Assembly: GCF_006345805.1 (NCBI RefSeq)
Contig: NW_021833390.1
Coordinates: 1-27,706 of the forward strand
Reading direction: 5' to 3'
Length of the DNA: 27,706 nucleotides
DNA from: Octopus sinensis
Lineage: Eukaryota
The position numbers were made by a program, and so were the translations under genes. Below the pieces are notes generated by a model. That model saw only the letters and a program-made list of their open reading frames with translations. It made no database searches and was not told the origin of the DNA. Positions 20,880 to 27,706 of the stretch are shown piece by piece (within the stretch, counting starts at the first letter, position 1; each line of letters opens with the position of its first letter).

Positions 20880-21625
20880 ATACTCTTTTACTTGTTTCAG
20901 TCATTTGACTGCGGCCATGCTGGAGCACCGCCTTTAGTCGACCAAATCGACCCTGGGACTTATTCTTTGTAAGCCCAGTACTTATTCTATCAGTCTCTTT
21001 TGCCGAACCGCTAAGTAACGGGGACACAAACACACCAGCATCGGTTGTCAAGCAATGCTAGGGGGACAAACACAGACACACAAACACACACACGCATATA
21101 TATATATATATACATATATACGACAGGCTTCTTTTCAGTTTCCATCTACCAAATCCACTCACAAGGCTTTGGTCAGCCCGAGGCCATAGTAGAATACACT
21201 TGCCCAAGGTGCCACGCAGTGGGACTGAACCCGGAACCATGTGATTGATAAACAAGCTACTTACCACACAGCCACTCCTGCGCCTATAAATATTATATAA
21301 ATATTATATAATTTGTATACAATACACAGCCACTCCTACGCCTATACAATAGGCATAGGAGTGGCTGTGTGGTAAGTAGCTTGCTTACGAACCACATGGT
21401 TCCGGGTTCAGTCCCACTGCATGGCACCTTGGGCAAGTGTCTTCTACTATAGCCTCGGGCCAACCAAAGCCTTTTGAGTGGATTTGGTAGATGGAAACTG
21501 AAAGAAGGCCGTCGTATATATATGTGTGTGTGTGTTTGTCCCCCGAACATTGCTTGACAACCAATGCTGGTGGTGGTGCTCCAGCATGGCTACAGTCAAA
21601 TGACAAACAAGTAAAAGAATACCGT
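20880..21625. mobile_element. Head-to-head SINE family E pair (- 20880-21290; + 21350-21625)
   Basis: Inverted heads with an extra duplicated head forming a 21-bp stem at 21324-21370. Confidence 0.85.
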
Positions 21626-21814
21626 ATTTTAACGAGTATAAGGAACCCTTTTTTGTCAAAGATTAGTTGAAAAAAATATGGGAGTTTCTTATATATGGAT
21701 AGTATTATAATCCCTTACAAACCCCCCTTTTTCCAAATTTCAAGATCCCACCAAAGTTAGGGGGTTCCTTATGCACATGGGTTGCCTATATATGTTAAAA
21801 TACGGTAAATATAT

Positions 21815-22087
21815 ATATCATCATCATCGTTTAGCGTCCGCTTTCCATGCTAGCATGGGTTGGACGGTTCAACTGGGGTCTGGGAAGCCAGAAGGCTGCA
21901 CCAGGCCCAGTCTGATCTGGCAATGTTTCTACGGCTGGATGCCTTTCCTAATGACAACCACTCCGTGAGTGTAGTGGGTGCTTTTTACGTGCCACCTGCA
22001 CAGGTGCCAGACGAGGCTGGCAAACAGCCATGATCCGATGGTGCTTTTTACATGCCACCGGCACAGAGGCCAGGCGAGGCTGGCAAC
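21815..22087 (-). mobile_element. Family A element
   Basis: CAT tail, core and about 2 repeats. Confidence 0.8.
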
Positions 22088-22133
22088 ATGAATATATATA
22101 TATATATATATATATACACAAATATGTACATAC

Positions 22134-22245
22134 CATGTGTGCATCTTCATAACAGGTTTGCTCAGCTTTGGTGTAGTCATCCTGGGCCTTCTCAATCAAG
22201 ACATGAGTTTTGGTGATGCGTGCTCGAATCACAGAGTTCTGTTGC
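22134..22245 (-). CDS. HAUS3: HAUS3 exon (112 nt, phase 2 to 0): QQNSVIRARITKTHVLIEKAQDDYTKAEQTCYEDAHM
   Basis: Poly-T tract plus ctAG acceptor, GTATGT donor; phases match both neighbours. Confidence 0.88.
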
Positions 22246-22419
22246 CTAGAAACAGAAAAAAAAAAAACCCATCAACTTTCATCAAGGAATTTATACCACA
22301 TCTTATTCTTCACTACTATTTTCAAATATTCTAATGGTTTTGATGGTTTTGTATACTCACTGGATATTTTCTTTAACACATATACAGGGTGTGGCAGAAA
22401 TAGCTCCCAGATTAAGGCG

Positions 22420-22832
22420 GCAAGCTGGCAGAGACGTTAGCACGCCGGGCGAAATGTTCAGCAATATTTCGGCTGTCTTTACGTTCTGAGTTCAAATTTC
22501 GCCAAGGTCGACTTTGCCTTTCATCCTTTCAGGGTCAATTAAATAAGTACCAGTTATGCACTGGGGTCAATGTAATCGACTTAATCCATTTGTCTGTCCT
22601 TGTTTGTCCTCTCTGTGTTTAGCCCCTAGTGGGTAGTAAAGAAATAGGTATTTCGTCTGCCGCTACTTTCTGAGTTCAAATTCCGCTGAAGTCGACTTTG
22701 CCTTTCATCCTTTCGAGGTCGATTAAATAAGTACCAGTTATGCACTGGGGTCAATATAATCGACTTAATCCGTTTGTCTGTCCTTGTTTGTCCCCTCCGT
22801 GTGCAACCCCTTGTGGGCAGTAAAGAAATAAG
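22420..22832 (+). mobile_element. SINE family B dimer
   Basis: Junction AAAGAAATAGG|TATTTCGTCTGCC at about 22650. Confidence 0.85.
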
Positions 22833-23054
22833 AAATATCTCCCAGTTTTTAAACTTTCACCTATGTGTTGCTAATGAACTTATGCAAGTGCCAATGGTGT
22901 TTTCATTTAGCTAATGAACAAAAACTGTAACACTTTGTTTAAACAACAGTAAAATTAATTTTTCATAAATGTTGTTTCTTTTTCCTTTTGTCAACCTTTC
23001 AAATGTGGGAGGTATTTCTGCCGCACCTTGCATGTACGCATCCATATACATTTC

Positions 23055-23440
23055 ATCATCATCATCATCATCGTTTAACGTCCGTTCTCCATGCTAGCAT
23101 GGGTTGGACGGTTCGACCGGGGATCTGGGAAGCCAGAAGGCTGCACCAGGCTCCGGTCTGATCTGGCAATGTTTCTACAGCTGGATGCCCTTCCTAACGC
23201 CAACCACTCCGTGAGTGTAGTGGGTGCTTTTTACGTGCCACCTGCACTGGTGTCAGGCGAGGCTGGCATCGGCCACAGTCGGATTGGTGCATTTTACGTG
23301 CCACCTGCACGGTAGCCAGTCGAGGCGGCACTGGCTTCGGATGGTGCCTTTTACGTGCTACCGACACGGAAGCCAGTCGAGGCGGCGCTGGCATCGGCCA
23401 CGATTCGGATAGTGCTTTTTACGTATCTCCAGTCCAGGGG
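23055..23440 (-). mobile_element. Family A element with about 3 diverged 62-bp repeats
   Basis: Family match. Confidence 0.8.
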
Positions 23441-23926
23441 GGGGGTCCTGGCATCTGCCGGGTGCCAGTCATAGGATTGGTTCAATTTCGATTCCGTACA
23501 GACAAATACATTTAGAGACACTGCTGAGACCCCCTTTGGTCATGACTGACCATGGGATTTCACCTAGAAAGTTACCTTCCCAGGCACAAGTCTTCGGTTG
23601 AGATTAAATAATATAAATTTGTCCTATTGTGGGACTGAACCCGGACCCATGTGGTTGGTAAGCAAGCTACTTACCACACAGCCACTCCTATGCCTACCTT
23701 GTAGCTACATGCATCGATTTTTCATTTGTTTCAGTCAAGTCCCTCCAGCCATGCTGGAGCACTTCTTTCAAGAATTTCTTTCAGTCAAATGAATTGACCG
23801 CAGTACATATTTTTCGAAGCCTGGTACTTATTCTCTTATACTCTTTTGCCAAACCATTAAGTTACAGGGATGTAAACACACTAACACCGGTTGTCAAATG
23901 ATGTTGGGGTACAAACACCGACATTA

Positions 23927-24598
23927 CGTTATCAAAGAAGCTTGAGAGGCGGTTGGATGGAACCTACACTCGCCTCCTTATGAGAGCTCAAAATCTCTCG
24001 TGGAAGTGCCATCCAACCAAAGTACAAATATATGGGAAACTACCACCTGTGTCATCTCTTGTGAAAGGTAGAAGAGTCCAGTTTGCTGGACATTGTTGTA
24101 GAGCTGAACACGAGGTAATTTCTACTCTTCTCCTCTGGAAGCCATCTGCTTGCGATACCAGAGGGCGCACACTCTCCTACCCTGATGTAATCTCCAGGAT
24201 ACAGGCATCCAGCAACAGACCTCTGTAATGCTATGATGGATCGTGAAGTCTGGCGTAGCATGGTAAATTCCATGTCTGTCGACCACATGGTCGAACAATG
24301 ATGATGATGATATATATATATATACATACATACATACATATCATCTCTTGTGAAAGGTAGGAGAGTCCAGTTGCTGGACATTGTTGTAGAGCTGAAAAAG
24401 AGGTAATTTCTACTCTTTTCCTCTGGAAGCCATCTGCTTGCGATACCAGAGGGCGCACACTCTCCTACCCTGATGTAATCTCCAGGGATACAGGAATCCA
24501 GCAACAGGACCTCTGTAATGCTATGATGGACCGTGAGGTCTAGCATAACAGTAAATTCAATTGTCTCGACCATGGTTGAACAATGATGATGATGATGA
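23927..24598 (+). mobile_element. 5'-truncated RTE-clade (RTE-X-like) LINE 3' end with tandemly duplicated terminal 260 bp
   Basis: Encodes LSKKLERRLDGTYTRLL..LSW..RRVQFAGHCCR..LLLWKP..GRTLSYPDVI..DTG..AMMDREVWR, frameshifted. (ATG)n tails at 24298 and 24582. Confidence 0.85.
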
Positions 24599-24699
24599 CA
24601 TATATATATATCATCATCGTTTAACATTCACTTTCCATGCTGGCATGGGTTGGGGTACAAACACCGACATTATGTGTGTGTACGTACATATATATATAT

Positions 24700-24910
24700 T
24701 ATCGTCATTTAACATCCACTTTCCATGCTGGCTTGGGTTGGACGGTTTGACTGAGGGCTGGCAAGCCAGAAGGCTGCACCAGGCTCCAATCTGATCTGGC
24801 AAAGTTTCTATAGCTGGATGTCCTTCCTAATGCCAACCACTCCAAGAGTGTAGTGGGTGCTTTTATATACCACCGACATGAGGGCCAGTCAGGTGGTACT
24901 GGCATCGACC
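24700..24910 (-). mobile_element. Family A element
   Basis: Family match. Confidence 0.75.
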
Positions 24911-25014
24911 ACTTTCCATCTACCAAGTCCATTCACAAAGTTTTGGTCAGTCCGAGGCTCTAGGAGAAGAATCTAGCATGAGGTTCCACACAGTTATTTT
25001 TTATATATATATAT

Positions 25015-25592
25015 ATACTCTTTTACTTGTTGCAATCATTTGACTGCGGCCATGCTGGAGCACCACCTTAAGTCGAGCAAATCGACCCCAGGACTTATTC
25101 TTTGTAAGCCCAGTACTTATTCTATCGGTCTCTTTTGCCGAACCGCTAAGTAACGGGGACATAAACACACCAGCATCAGTTGTCAAGCAATGCTAGGGGG
25201 ACAAACACAGACACACAAATACACATATATATATATATATACACATATATACGACGGGCTTCTTTCTGTTTCCGTCTACAAAATCCACTCACAAAGCATT
25301 GGTCGGCCCGGGGCTATAGCAGAAGACACTTGCCCAAGATGCCACACAGTGGGACTGAACCCGGAACCATGTGGTTGGTAAGCAAGCTACTTACCACACA
25401 GACACTCTTACGCCTATATACATATATACGATGGGCTTCTTTCAGTTTCCGTCTACCAAATCCACTCACAAAGCATTGGTCGGCCGGGCTATAGCAGAAG
25501 ACACTTGCCCAAGATGCCACGCAGTGGGACTGAACCCGGAACCATGTGGTTGGTTAGCAAGCTACTTACCACACAGCCACTCCTGCGCCTAT
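25015..25592 (-). mobile_element. SINE family E with tandemly duplicated 5' half
   Basis: 5' half at about 25250-25415 and again at about 25425-25592. Confidence 0.85.
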
Positions 25593-25607
25593 ATGTATAT
25601 ATATATA

Positions 25608-25659
<52 letters not shown>

Positions 25660-26102
25660 TCTTATAATTATGAGTAAAATTATAATTAAGGTTCAGCAAA
25701 AAATTTGCTTCACCACATACTGAAATTTAGAAATAGCAACAAAAATTATTTAATTTTACCCTTTATTATTATATATCTAAATATGTATATATTTATGTAT
25801 CTGTGTGTATGTTTCTCCCCAAACACTGCTTGATAACCGGTGTTAGTGTGTTTACATCCCCGTAACTTAGCAGTTTGGCAAAAAGATACTGATAGAATAA
25901 GTACAAGGCTTAAAAAATATAAGTACTGGGGTTGATACGTTCAACTATAAAATTGTTCAGAGCGATGCCCCAGCCTGGTCATGTTCCAATGACTGAAACA
26001 AGTGAAAAACAGATACATACTCACATGTATAGCCCGACAGAGAGAGAGAGGGAGGGAGGGAGAGTGAGAGCTGCTGAGATAAGATGATGACACAAATAAA
26101 TT

Positions 26103-26865
26103 ATCATCGTTTAGCATCCACTTTCCATGCTAGCATGGGTTGGACGGTTCAACTGGGGTCTGGGAAGCCTGAAGGCTGCACCAGGCCCAGTTTGATCTGG
26201 CAATGTTTCTATGGCTGGATGCCCTTCCTAACGCCAACCACTCCATGAGTGTAGTGGGTGCTTTTTACGTGCCACCGGCACAGGTGCCAGACGAGGCTGG
26301 CAACGGCCACGATCGGATGGTGCTTTTTACGTCCCACTGGCACGGGGGCCAGGCGAGGCTGGCAACGGCCACGATCGCATGGTGCTTTTTATGTGCCAAC
26401 AGCACGGGGCCCAGGCAGCTGGCAACGGCCATGATCGGATGGTGCTTTTTATGTGCCACCAGCACGGGGCCCAGGCGAGGCTGGCAACGGCCACGATCGC
26501 ATGGTGCTTTTTATGTGCCACCAGCACGGGGCCCAGGCGAGGCTGGCAACGGCCATGATCGGATGGTGCTTTTTATGTGCCACCAGCACGGGGCCCAGGC
26601 GAGGCTGGCAAACGGCCACGGACGGATGGTGCTTTTTATGTGCCACCGGCACGGGGCCAAGGCGAGGCTGGCAATGGCCACGATCGGATGGTGCTTTTTA
26701 CGTGCCACCAGCACGGGGGCCAGGCGTGGCTGGCAATGGCCACGATCAGATGGTGCTTTTTACATGCCACCGGCACGGAGGCCAGTTGGGGCGGCGCTGG
26801 CAACAGCCACAGTAAGGCGGTGCGGGGGCCAGGTGAGGCTGGCAATGGCCACGATTGGATGATGC
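26103..26865 (-). mobile_element. Family A element with about 9-10 copies of a 62-bp GC-rich VNTR (about 26270-26865)
   Basis: Unit GTGCCACCAGCACGGGGCCCAGGCGAGGCTGGCAACGGCCACGATCGGATGGTGCTTTTTAT. Confidence 0.9.
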
Positions 26866-26942
26866 TTAAATAAATAAAATGAGTATGTGTGTGACGGGGG
26901 GCATACATGCACGGATTTACGTATGCGTGCAGATATACTTAC

Positions 26943-27008
26943 TCCATTGGTATCTTGCTTTGCAGTAGATTGTCCTTCCTCTTCAGACAAAGCTCCAATT
27001 CCTCATCA
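26943..27008 (-). CDS. HAUS3: HAUS3 coding exon, first visible in window (66 nt, phase 2 to 2): DEELELCLKRKDNLLQSKIPM
   Basis: Acceptor ttttgttttgcAG, donor GTAAGT. Open frame; GA|G joins the next exon in frame. Upstream exons are outside the window. Confidence 0.8.
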
Positions 27009-27164
27009 CTGCAAAACAAAAACGATCAATTAAATTTAGACATTTGAAACCTCAAACGAAACATATTTTTTTTCCTCTTTTCTCTTTCTCTACTGCTATT
27101 TCTAGCAGGTCAAGATACCATGTAAATGTCTCTCCCCACCTCACCCCATTCGCTTATACATATT

Positions 27165-27706
27165 CTTTTATTCGTTTCAGTCATTTGGCTGCGGCCATGC
27201 TAGAGCACCGCCTTTAGTCAAGCAAATCAACCCCAGGACTTATTCTTTGGAAGCCTAGTACTTATTCCATTAGTCTCTTTTGCTGAACCGCTAAGTTACA
27301 GGGAACGTAAACACACCAGCATCGGTTGTCAAGCAATGTTGGGGGTACAAACACAGACACACAAACATACACACACACACACACAAACATATATATATAT
27401 ATATATATATACAATGGGCTTTTTTCAGTTTCCATCTAGCAAATCCACTCAAGGCTTTGATTGGTCCGAGGCTATAGTAGAAGACACTTGCCCAAGGTGC
27501 CACGCAGTGGGAATGAACCCGGAACCATGTGGTTGGTAAGCAAGCTACTTACCACACAGCCACTTGTGTGCATATACAAAGTTTCTATAAATATATAGGC
27601 GCAGGAGTGGCTGTGTGGTAAGTAGCTTGTTTACCAACCACATGGTTCTGGGTCAGTCCCACTGCGTGGCATCTTGGGCAAGTGTCTGTACTATAGCCTC
27701 GGGCCG
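27165..27706. mobile_element. Head-to-head SINE family E pair (- 27165-27565; + 27597 to window end)
   Basis: Inverted heads separated by about 30 nt. Confidence 0.85.

Noticed and set aside
26203-26862. 219-aa repetitive ORF and overlapping ORFs
   Set aside because: Product of the stop-poor 62-bp VNTR, open in several frames on both strands.
26270-26865. CRISPR-like regular repeats (also 17705-17940)
   Set aside because: Contiguous tandem units with no unique spacers, no cas genes, eukaryotic intron.
22246-26942. Extra HAUS3 exon in this 4.7-kb intron
   Set aside because: Flanking phases match, the joined peptide length fits the recalled HAUS3 spacing, and the interval is almost all repeats.

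Overview
AT-rich, microsatellite- and SINE-dense eukaryotic genomic DNA. The repeat families look like octopus/cephalopod ones (recalled, not searched). The whole window is spanned by one minus-strand gene that the ORF track mostly misses. Eleven phase-compatible GT-AG coding exons (27008 down to the stop at 1172) splice into about 514 aa of HAUS augmin-like complex subunit 3 (HAUS3); the N-terminal exon(s) lie beyond the right edge. The introns hold at least five SINE-like families (labelled A-E here), TTAA/CC piggyBac-type MITEs, RTE LINE 3' fragments, a probable solo LTR and a Helitron-like element. They also hold several tandem arrays and three long non-SINE hairpins. I found no convincing new protein-coding system. 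The most unusual signals are structural: SINE-B multimers sharing one junction at three loci, a 310-bp MITE+SINE composite array, long fold-back hairpins in the pre-mRNA, a co-oriented solo LTR with promoter and poly(A) signals, and two unassigned inserts. All alignments were done by eye; SINE boundaries are approximate.
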